DNA of 32,000 nt from an uncultured bacterium. Lineage in GTDB: Bacteria > Patescibacteriota > Gracilibacteria > UBA1369 > PNNO01. Both the position numbers and the translations under genes were made by a program. Shown piece by piece: positions 22,549 through 30,664 of the stretch. Numbering within the stretch: the first letter of the stretch is position 1; each line of letters opens with the position of its first letter. The stretch spans positions 660,001 to 692,000 of the forward strand of contig OY969931.1 of NCBI GenBank assembly GCA_963704705.1, read 5' to 3'. The notes below the pieces were generated by a model, which made no database searches, was not told the DNA's origin, and saw nothing but the letters and a program-made list of their open reading frames with translations.

Positions 22549-24945
22549 ATGTTCTTATTAAATGACAAAGGGATTTTAGGATTAAATGCAAGAAATTTGT
22601 TGTACATAAGGCCGTATAACCAAAAGAAAACAATAAAACTTGCCGACGATAAGATTAAAACTAAAAAGTTTCTATCTGCCCGGGGTATTCCTGTTCCAAA
22701 ATTATATGCTTCAATAAGAACAAAACAGGAATTGGAAAAATTTGATTTTCATTCTTTACCAAATACTTTTATTTTAAAACCTAATCATGGTTTTGGAGGA
22801 GAGGGGATTATTCCTATTACAAGCAAACGCGGTGATCATTTTGTAAAATCTTCCGGTAAAAAAATAACAAAAGCTGAATTAATAGATCAAATCTCCGATA
22901 TATTGGATGGCCGTTATTCGATTTCAAATGTTGGTGATACAGCTTTTTTCGAACAGCTAATTATCTCGAATGAATCACTTGGTAATTATTCTTATAGAGG
23001 ATTGCCTGATATTCGCGTAGTTGTTCATAATTTAATTCCGGTTATGGCTATGTTAAGACTTCCAACTAAAGAGTCCGGAGGTAAAGCCAATCTGCATTTG
23101 GGTGCTGTGGGTGTTGGAATTGATATTGCAAAAGGTGAATGTACATATATTGCCTATAAAAACAAAATTATAGACGAAGTACCTGGTGTTGGACCGATTA
23201 AAGGTTTAAAAATTCCTTATTGGGAAGATATTCTGATGGTTGCGTCAAAATGTCAGCTTATTACAAATCTTGGTTATATGGCTGCTGATATTGCAATTGA
23301 TAAAACAAGCGGTCCTGTTTTGCTTGAAATCAATGCAAGAGCAGGACTAGGGGTGCAAATTGCAAATCTTGCACCGCTTAAAAAAAGACTTCAAAGAATT
23401 GAAGGAGTGAAAGTAACAACTCCTGTAAAAGGTGTTCGCATAGCAAAAGATATGTTCGGAAATGTAGTGGAGAAAGAAGTGCAGCATATTTCAGGTAAAA
23501 ATATTATTGGAATTGAAGAAGTTGTTGAAATTAATTTGAAGGATGGGGTAAGAAGAGTTAATGCAAAAATGGATTCGGGTGTTGAAAGGAGCATAATCAA
23601 TGAAAAATTCGCAATTGATAATGATTTATTAAAAGAAGAATATGAATATGATGACGAAAAATCTACTGTTAAATTAAAGCTTTCTGTTGCTGATGAGAGA
23701 ATTCAGACAGTTGCAGATATTGAGAAAATTACAGAAGGAGATTACACGATTATTATTGGCAGACGTGATTTGTCTAATTTCTTTATCGATCCTTCTAAAA
23801 AGATTCAAAAGGCCGAATTGCCAACTGAAATTTCTAAAAAAGAAAAACCAAAAAAAGAAATATCATTAACAAGTAGTGTGAATTTTGCTGAAATAGATCA
23901 AAAATTAATTAAAATTGATGAAAGGTTAAAACTTTTATATCATCTAAGGCCATTAAACCTTGAAGAACAAAAACAAGAATTTTTCAAGAATTTTAAGAAA
24001 AATCCTGAATTTGAATATGCTGAACTTAAATTTGATACGTATTCTTTACGCAAAGAACTTGAACAAATAATAACTGATGATTCATCTCTTGGAATTTTAT
24101 TTGAAAAAAAGAAGAAAGAAATTGCTAAAAAAATTAATTTATTGGATTTCAGAGGTTATTCTCAGGAATTTACAGAAGCATCCATTGAACTTTATGGCAT
24201 TCCATCACCTGAGCTTGTACAGGAAGCCACTGATTTACTTCTAAAATCAGAAGGTGAGTTTTCTCAGCCAAATGGAACTATAACAGCGGAAGAAGCAAAG
24301 AAAACAATGGACAATGTATTCAAAGATTACGGTTTAACAAATTGGGAAGTAAAAATTAAAGAAAGTATGGTTTCTGATGCAATTGCAGGTAAAAACAACA
24401 GATTGTTCTTAAGAAAAGGTGCTACTTTTACTGAAAGCAGAATTGATAATTTAATAATTCATGAAATTGAAACACATATATTAACCGCTGAAAACGGCAA
24501 ATCGCAGCCTTACGAATTATTTAACAGAGGTTTGGCAAATTATCTTGAGACGCAGGAAGGTTTGGCAATTTATAATATTTTAAATAAAAAGCACGAAGAA
24601 GCTAAAAATTTATATCTTTCATTATCCCTTGTGGTTGCTGTTGATATGGCGTTACGACATTCATTTGTACAGATTTTTGAAAAAATGCTTGGATTTAAAA
24701 TTCCTCCTGAAAGAGCATTTAGAACCGCTGTTAAAGTAAAACGCGGATTAGAAAACACTGAAGAAGCTGGTGGCTTTACAAAAGATTTCTTATATTATAA
24801 AGGATATAAACAAATCAAAGAGTTTGTTTCTACAGGTGGGGCAATAAAAGACTTATACAGAGGTAAATTCAATGCCAACGATATTGAATATGTACTTCAG
24901 GTACCTAATATAAAAGTGTCCAAATATCTTCCAAAATGGCTTTAA
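22549..24945 (+). CDS. Tripartite fusion: RimK-related ATP-grasp (alpha-L-glutamate ligase-like) + RimB/retropepsin-like domain + DUF1704/MATCAP-type QEGLA-motif metallocarboxypeptidase
   Basis: ATP-grasp, aa 1-~285: ILGLNARNLLYI, ADDKIKTKKFL, ILKPNHGFGGEGI, LLEINARAGLG. Retropepsin-like, aa ~318-417: NAKMDSGVERS (DSG at 23572-23580) and IIIGRRDLSNFFIDPSK. Metallopeptidase, aa ~445-798: HEIETH (24460-24477) and TQEGLA (QEGLA at 24553-24567). Confidence 0.8.
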   Translation: MFLLNDKGILGLNARNLLYIRPYNQKKTIKLADDKIKTKKFLSARGIPVPKLYASIRTKQELEKFDFHSLPNTFILKPNHGFGGEGIIPITSKRGDHFVKSSGKKITKAELIDQISDILDGRYSISNVGDTAFFEQLIISNESLGNYSYRGLPDIRVVVHNLIPVMAMLRLPTKESGGKANLHLGAVGVGIDIAKGECTYIAYKNKIIDEVPGVGPIKGLKIPYWEDILMVASKCQLITNLGYMAADIAIDKTSGPVLLEINARAGLGVQIANLAPLKKRLQRIEGVKVTTPVKGVRIAKDMFGNVVEKEVQHISGKNIIGIEEVVEINLKDGVRRVNAKMDSGVERSIINEKFAIDNDLLKEEYEYDDEKSTVKLKLSVADERIQTVADIEKITEGDYTIIIGRRDLSNFFIDPSKKIQKAELPTEISKKEKPKKEISLTSSVNFAEIDQKLIKIDERLKLLYHLRPLNLEEQKQEFFKNFKKNPEFEYAELKFDTYSLRKELEQIITDDSSLGILFEKKKKEIAKKINLLDFRGYSQEFTEASIELYGIPSPELVQEATDLLLKSEGEFSQPNGTITAEEAKKTMDNVFKDYGLTNWEVKIKESMVSDAIAGKNNRLFLRKGATFTESRIDNLIIHEIETHILTAENGKSQPYELFNRGLANYLETQEGLAIYNILNKKHEEAKNLYLSLSLVVAVDMALRHSFVQIFEKMLGFKIPPERAFRTAVKVKRGLENTEEAGGFTKDFLYYKGYKQIKEFVSTGGAIKDLYRGKFNANDIEYVLQVPNIKVSKYLPKWL

Positions 24946-25964
24946 AGAATTAACATAACATCTCCAAAACTATAGAATCTATATTTGTTTTCGATTGCTT
25001 TTTCATAAGCTTCAAACACAAAATCTTTTCCTGCAAATGCACTTATTAACATTAAAAGTGTACTTTGCGGCAAATGGAAATTGGTAAGCATTACATCAAC
25101 AGCTTTAAATTTATATCCTGGATAAATAAAAATATCAGTTTCATTGCATTCTTCATGAAATTTACCATTTTTTATATTTGATTCAAGCGTTCTTACCGAA
25201 GTAGTGCCTACTGCAAGTATTTTTTTGTTTAATTTTTTTGATTCATTAAGAAATTCAGCAGTACTTTTTGTTATGCTATACCATTCTGAGTGCATTTTAT
25301 GATCTTTAATATTTTCAGTTTTGACAGGTAAAAATGTTCCTCTGCCAACATGTAAAGTAGTAAATGTTTTTTTAATTCCTTTTGATTCAAGCTTGTTGAA
25401 AATATCATTGGTAAAGTGCAATCCAGCTGTAGGGGCTGCAATACTTCCTGAATCTTTAGAATAAATTGTCTGATAGTCATCAAAACTGGCCTTAGAGTTT
25501 TTTATGTACGGAGGGAATGGGGGATAGCCATTATCTTCAATCCATTTATCGAGCGAAGTAAGATTAAGGAATTCTATTTTCCTCGTTCCGTCATCAAAAA
25601 TTTCAATTATTTTTGCTTCAATTGTATTTATTTTTCCAATTACCTTAAAAATTATGTCTTTTTTGAATTTTTTACCAGGTTTTACCATTGCTTTCCAGGT
25701 GTTTTCAGAATATTTTTTTAATAACAATAATTCACCTTTGCTTCCATCAATTTCAACATACAGACGAGCTGCAATTACTTTTGAATTATTTAAAACAATT
25801 ACATAATTATCATTTAAAATATAGGGAAGTTCATTAAAAACCCTGTGTTCAATTGTCTTTTTGCTTCTATTCAGAACCATTAATTTTGAAGTATCCCTCG
25901 GATAAACAGGCTTACTTGCAATTAACTCCTTTGGAAGTATGTAATCGAAATCTTTAGTTAACAT
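24942..25964 (-). CDS. queA: S-adenosylmethionine:tRNA ribosyltransferase-isomerase
   Basis: 340 aa. FDYILPKELIASKPVYPRDTSKLMVL N-terminus, AAPTAGLHFT, HVGRGTF, AVGTTSVRTLES, and C-terminal YRFYSFGD. Confidence 0.93.
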   Translation of the reverse strand: MLTKDFDYILPKELIASKPVYPRDTSKLMVLNRSKKTIEHRVFNELPYILNDNYVIVLNNSKVIAARLYVEIDGSKGELLLLKKYSENTWKAMVKPGKKFKKDIIFKVIGKINTIEAKIIEIFDDGTRKIEFLNLTSLDKWIEDNGYPPFPPYIKNSKASFDDYQTIYSKDSGSIAAPTAGLHFTNDIFNKLESKGIKKTFTTLHVGRGTFLPVKTENIKDHKMHSEWYSITKSTAEFLNESKKLNKKILAVGTTSVRTLESNIKNGKFHEECNETDIFIYPGYKFKAVDVMLTNFHLPQSTLLMLISAFAGKDFVFEAYEKAIENKYRFYSFGDVMLIL

Positions 25965-27090
25965 TAGTTGTTGGGGCTACACTTTCAGTTTGTTTTACTG
26001 TTCCGGTGTATTTTAACGCCATAAGGGTAATATCATCAAGTTGCTCTGCTTCACCTACGAATTGTGAGAAATCAGTTGCTGCGTGATAAGTAACTCCTTC
26101 AGGACCATATTGTGAAGCGTATTTGCTAATTAATTCTTTTAGGCGATCCAAACCAAACATTTCACCTTGTGTGTTTTGGGCTTCGGTTATGCCATCTGTA
26201 TATAAAACAATCTGATCTCCTATTTCTAATGGCAATTCAAGTTCTTTTACTATTTTACTGTTGTCCGGAGTCATACCAAGTGCAACACCACCGCATTTTA
26301 TACTATCTATTTGGCCTGTTTTAGCACGGTAAACTAGTATATATTCATGACCTGACCCGACATAAGTCATTTTTTGCGTTTTATGATCCCATTTAAGCAT
26401 TACCATGCTCATGAACATTGAAGATTTAATACGCGGTTTTAATTGTTTATTTGTATGAACTACAATATCGTATGTATTTTCGTACATTTCAGCATACGTA
26501 TGAAGTAAGGTATTAACCATCATCATAACAAGAGCAGCCGGTGCTCCATGCCCGGTCACATCCCCAATATAAAAATATGTTGAATCTTTTCCATTAATAT
26601 AATCAAAACTATCTCCTCCAACTTCAACTGCTGGTCGCGTTTTAGTAACAACTTCAAGACCCGGAACAATTGGACTCTGTTTTGGGAATATTGTTTGCTG
26701 AATTTCAGCAGCAACATTAAGTTCAGATGACATTCTCTTTTCTTCTTTTAATTTTTTTGAAATAATTTCAAGATTTTCAGTGGTTTCATTGAAAAATTGG
26801 GCGATTATACCTAGTTCATCTATTCTGTTTGTTTCTATTCTTTTATAACTTTTACCTGTTAATATTAATTTCATTTGTTTTGTAATTTTCTTTAAAGGGC
26901 TGTTTATCAATTTATAAATAAGTAAACTTACTAATAAAAATACAACTGCAAGTCCAATTAAACTGTAAATTAAAGGAAAATTAAGTGGTAAACCCCAATA
27001 ATAATATGCACCGGCACCTATAATCAAACATAATACAAAGAATATAAGTGCAAATCTTCTAGATAAATTTTTTCGGAACCAGACAAACAT
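25954..27090 (-). CDS. Membrane-bound HAMP-domain PP2C (SpoIIE/RsbU-type) serine phosphatase
   Basis: Two TM helices with almost no external loop, then a HAMP-like linker (NSPLKKITKQMKLILTG...IDELGIIAQFFNETTENL). PP2C metal-binding motifs are intact: VGGDSFDY, IGDVTGHGAPAAL, LYTDGITEA, DDITLMAL. Confidence 0.85.
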   Translation of the reverse strand: MFVWFRKNLSRRFALIFFVLCLIIGAGAYYYWGLPLNFPLIYSLIGLAVVFLLVSLLIYKLINSPLKKITKQMKLILTGKSYKRIETNRIDELGIIAQFFNETTENLEIISKKLKEEKRMSSELNVAAEIQQTIFPKQSPIVPGLEVVTKTRPAVEVGGDSFDYINGKDSTYFYIGDVTGHGAPAALVMMMVNTLLHTYAEMYENTYDIVVHTNKQLKPRIKSSMFMSMVMLKWDHKTQKMTYVGSGHEYILVYRAKTGQIDSIKCGGVALGMTPDNSKIVKELELPLEIGDQIVLYTDGITEAQNTQGEMFGLDRLKELISKYASQYGPEGVTYHAATDFSQFVGEAEQLDDITLMALKYTGTVKQTESVAPTTNVN

Positions 27091-27092
27091 AT

Positions 27093-27446
27093 TTATATTG
27101 AATTAGCAGCCTCTTCTTCAGAATTAAGACAATTGATCAGCTGGTTTAATCCAACCAGATTAAAAATGTCCATAATTTGTGCAGAAGCATTTATAATAAA
27201 AATCTTTTTGTTTTGTGCGGTAAAACGATTATATACATCAGTAATAAATCCTATACCTTCACTATTAATAAATTTTAATTCAGTTAAATCAAGAATAAGA
27301 TTTGGCAACGTAAACGCCGCTAAAAATTGTTCCATTGATTCTCTGAAATTCGCAACTGAATCACGGTCAATTTCTCCGATTACTTTTATAACCTGATAAT
27401 TTTTTTCAGCATTAGGTTCGTTTGGGGTTAGACTAATTTGCGCCAT
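27093..27446 (-). CDS. STAS-domain anti-sigma-factor antagonist (SpoIIAA/RsbV-like)
   Basis: 117 aa from the Met at 27446; the longer track ORF would overlap the upstream gene. LDLTELKFINSEGIGFI carries the conserved phosphorylatable Ser (codon 27261-27263). Its stop lies 2 nt from the phosphatase start. Confidence 0.8.
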   Translation of the reverse strand: MAQISLTPNEPNAEKNYQVIKVIGEIDRDSVANFRESMEQFLAAFTLPNLILDLTELKFINSEGIGFITDVYNRFTAQNKKIFIINASAQIMDIFNLVGLNQLINCLNSEEEAANSI

Positions 27447-29829
27447 TATAATTTGGATTAAGATATAATATATCATCAATATTTTGGACTTCTTCGTGCT
27501 CATTTACAAGCTCATATGCATTTCGAAGCTTAATAAGCTCAGATCTGTCAAGTTTATCTAAGTTTTCCGCATCCATATCAACAAGAATATCATTTACATA
27601 TGCTGAAACGCAAATATGTAAGTATCTAAATAGATTTTTCTTAACTGAATCTGGCAGAAGTTCTATTTCATGAGTTATTTTTTCTCTTTTTCTTTCATCT
27701 GAATGAATGAGTGAATCACAAATTACATCTATCCCGACTGTGGAATTCATTTTGCATAGAGCAATCGAAGCAGTAAGACTTTCTTCATCATCTTTCGAAT
27801 AAATATAATCTTTAAGTCTGTTTTTTTCCTGTACAGCTTCAATTTCTCCAACTACATAAAACCCTTTAATACGTTCTAATCTATCATTACTAAATAACAT
27901 TTTTTTCAATTCCTGATATACTTTAATTTTACTTTTAGGATATTTCCATAATGCAATTATTGCGTTTCCTTTGATTTCCGGATTTTCTGAATCAAGATAT
28001 GGGCTTAAATAATGTATTAAATTGATATCATCAAAATGCGCACAAGCAGCAATACAATTTGTTTTAATATTTATATCATCAGATTCCAATAATTGAAGTA
28101 TGAAATCAACTATTTGTTCAGACTGTAATCTGGCAAGAATTTTTATTATTAAAGCTTTGATGTCGTTGTCTTCTTCTATTTCAAATTGCTCTTTTAAAAG
28201 CGCATTGATTCGGTGAAGTGAAAAAAGCCTTTTGGATGATTTCTTTTTGATAACATCAAACTGATTTAAGGCATTTAATGCGGCAATTCTTACTTTTCTG
28301 TTTTTATCATTAATATAATCTAAAATTTCAAGAATTGATTCATGTTCTTTCATATGACCTAAAGTTTCAAGTATTTTCACTTTTACTTTTGGATCAAGAT
28401 GGTTTTCTTTTAATGTTTTTGCAAGTATTTGAGCTGAATTTTTATGTCCTTTTTGCCCTAGCACTTCAATAGCATTTAACTGAAGTATTAAATTTTTTGT
28501 ATGAAGCAGATTTTTAATTGATAAATGACTATATTTATTTTCATTTTTTAGAAGCACTACTAACATCCCAACAGCTATTAAAATCATAAATCCTGTTATA
28601 ATAGTGTTTAAGGAGTTAAATGCATAAGTATATTGAAGTATTAATAAAAATGTCATTCCAATAATTGTTCCGATAGGCTGACTAAATCCTTCAATAATTT
28701 CTCTTGCGTCTTCTCTTGCGTCAGGATTAATTGCATAAAAAGATGTATGATATGCACTTTTTTGAATTATACTTGTCATTTCAAAATTTACTTTTGCAAG
28801 TACTGCAGAAGGAAATCCAAATCTTAATAACATTGCACCCAAACTAAATAATGTAACAACAGGATGAAGCAATAATGATCCAACTACACCTAATGAAGTA
28901 ATAATTCTACTGGCAACCAGTATCTGCATTAATAATGCAAATGAGTAAAAGAATATATTAAGCGTACTTAATCCATGTGTTAATTCTTCTGCCGGGTTAT
29001 GAATACCCGAAGAAATATTATTGTAAACAGCTTTCGTGAATTGAAATTCAAGTAAATGCATAAATATCCATTGCAGTATCATAACAATAAACATGATTTT
29101 TAAAAACGGCATTAACTTAAAGTTTTCTATTAATTTTTTTATTTTTGTAAATTCATTTACATGATTTCCATCTGCTTTTTGTTTTTTTCTAATTAAAGGC
29201 ATTCGTCTTAATATCTTTCTATGGAATAAAATTAATGGTGCAGTTAGTGCTAAACAAATCACTGCAATATTTATCAAATTTGCAACAGGTATAAATGGTG
29301 TTAGAAAAGCCATCAATAGAGCTCCAACTATACCTCCTACAGTTTCAGCTGATTCAATTACCGGAAAAGTTCTTTCGCTTTCTAAAGGCGTGAAAAGATC
29401 TTCAATAAAAGCGGAATTTAATATATACAACTGCGATAAAAATATCGCTAATACTGGTATGCTTATAAATAAAAATAAATAATTACTGAAATTATTTACA
29501 AATAAAGCAATTAATAAAAGAACTGCTCCAATCAACGAAGTATATAGAATCAACTTATCTTTTGGTATTTTATGCAGAATATTTGAGTAAAAATACGCTC
29601 CTGCTATTCTCGAAACAGCATAAATCAAAAAGAAATAAGGTAAATTAAAAATGCCAAAATTAGTTACAAAAAGGGCAATTAGAGAAATCCAGGTAATAAT
29701 ATGAGCTGTCTTATATAAAAATTGTAACATCCACGATAAATTTATACGCGGCCACTCTCCTTCAGTGACATTTATAATTTTATTCAGTATGTGTATTGCA
29801 ATTTTTGTTTTTTCTTTTGTTTCTCCCAA
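27433..29829 (-). CDS. Polytopic MFS/TLC-like transporter fused to a C-terminal HEAT-repeat domain
   Basis: About 12 predicted TM helices over the first ~440 aa, with a central basic loop (HRKILRRMPLIRKKQKADG). These are followed by ~350 aa of HEAT/PBS-lyase-like repeats (NAIEVLGQKGHKNSAQILAKTL, KVRIAALNALNQF, NPEIKGNAIIALWKY). Substrate unknown. Confidence 0.7.
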   Translation of the reverse strand: MGETKEKTKIAIHILNKIINVTEGEWPRINLSWMLQFLYKTAHIITWISLIALFVTNFGIFNLPYFFLIYAVSRIAGAYFYSNILHKIPKDKLILYTSLIGAVLLLIALFVNNFSNYLFLFISIPVLAIFLSQLYILNSAFIEDLFTPLESERTFPVIESAETVGGIVGALLMAFLTPFIPVANLINIAVICLALTAPLILFHRKILRRMPLIRKKQKADGNHVNEFTKIKKLIENFKLMPFLKIMFIVMILQWIFMHLLEFQFTKAVYNNISSGIHNPAEELTHGLSTLNIFFYSFALLMQILVASRIITSLGVVGSLLLHPVVTLFSLGAMLLRFGFPSAVLAKVNFEMTSIIQKSAYHTSFYAINPDAREDAREIIEGFSQPIGTIIGMTFLLILQYTYAFNSLNTIITGFMILIAVGMLVVLLKNENKYSHLSIKNLLHTKNLILQLNAIEVLGQKGHKNSAQILAKTLKENHLDPKVKVKILETLGHMKEHESILEILDYINDKNRKVRIAALNALNQFDVIKKKSSKRLFSLHRINALLKEQFEIEEDNDIKALIIKILARLQSEQIVDFILQLLESDDINIKTNCIAACAHFDDINLIHYLSPYLDSENPEIKGNAIIALWKYPKSKIKVYQELKKMLFSNDRLERIKGFYVVGEIEAVQEKNRLKDYIYSKDDEESLTASIALCKMNSTVGIDVICDSLIHSDERKREKITHEIELLPDSVKKNLFRYLHICVSAYVNDILVDMDAENLDKLDRSELIKLRNAYELVNEHEEVQNIDDILYLNPNYNGAN

Positions 29830-29865
29830 TTTTTTGGCGTTATTTATATTAATTCACCATAGTAT

Positions 29866-29894
29866 ATTATACAACAAAAAACCTTTTTTGTTAA
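29866..29894 (-). promoter_or_regulatory. Candidate promoter for the MFS-HEAT/STAS/PP2C/queA gene string (TTAACA-17 nt-TATAAT on minus strand)
   Basis: The minus strand reads TTAACA (29894-29889), a 17-nt spacer, then TATAAT (29871-29866), about 37 nt upstream of the ATG at 29829. The spacer contains a weak A6-CC-T6 hairpin that could also end the CAP-gene transcript. Confidence 0.3.
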
Positions 29895-29914
29895 GGATAA
29901 AACAATGGAAAATA

Positions 29915-30664
29915 CTAAAACCAGCCTTTAACTACTTTGATTTCAAATTTATTGGCTATTTTAAGCTGATCTTTGAGTTTTTTTGAACCAACATAAATTA
30001 AAACGTAATAAATACCGATATCTTTAAATTTAATAACATCATCAAATTTATTGTTTTCTAAATTTATAAAACCTTCATTTAATACTTTTTCCGATTCCAA
30101 TGAGAGTTTTACCCTGTAAAATATTTTATTAACATCAGTAAAAGCAAAACCTTTTAATCTTAAACCTTTTTTAAATTTAACCCTATTAGGAATTTTTTTA
30201 TTGAAAATCAAATCTCGCGCAGCAAAATTTTGTGTATAGTAAAAGGTTTGATCTATACTTTTAATGATCCCGATACCAACAGTATTATAGTGTTTATTTA
30301 AAATATTTGCTCTGTGGCCCGGACTGTTCATCAGGCCAATTTCAGCTCTCACAACCGGATTTTTGAATCCTCTTATTTTAGCTAGATTTTCACCTGCAAC
30401 CACATCGGTAATTCTTGCTTTATCTAATCTGTCGAATGGTGTTTGGCCCAATATATTTTCATGTTCAAAATAAGACTTTCTCGCCATATCTTTACTGTGT
30501 TTTCTGGCAACCTCTCTTAAATCCTGTTGCATACGCAATTTTCCCAAGCTATTTCTTTTTCGGTCTTTATTAAGTAATTTAAGCATCTTCCACTCCATTG
30601 TCTTTAATGAACGTGGAAGAAAGATAAATCTAAAAATGTATTTTATATGTTCCCAAAATGTCAT
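29915..30664 (-). CDS. CAP/SCP/PR-1-like (YkwD-type) domain protein with extra C-terminal beta-rich domain
   Basis: CAP motifs: LREVARKHSKDMARKSYFEHEN, AGENLA, MNSPGHRANILNKHYNTVGIGI, YYTQNFA. No obvious signal peptide. The start directly abuts the ribBA stop. Confidence 0.78.
   Translation of the reverse strand: MTFWEHIKYIFRFIFLPRSLKTMEWKMLKLLNKDRKRNSLGKLRMQQDLREVARKHSKDMARKSYFEHENILGQTPFDRLDKARITDVVAGENLAKIRGFKNPVVRAEIGLMNSPGHRANILNKHYNTVGIGIIKSIDQTFYYTQNFAARDLIFNKKIPNRVKFKKGLRLKGFAFTDVNKIFYRVKLSLESEKVLNEGFINLENNKFDDVIKFKDIGIYYVLIYVGSKKLKDQLKIANKFEIKVVKGWF

Noticed and set aside
27447-27503. 19-aa N-terminal extension of the STAS ORF
   Set aside because: It would overlap the 3' end of the upstream transporter gene by 71 nt. 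The Met at 27446 gives a normal-length STAS protein starting 10 nt after the upstream stop.
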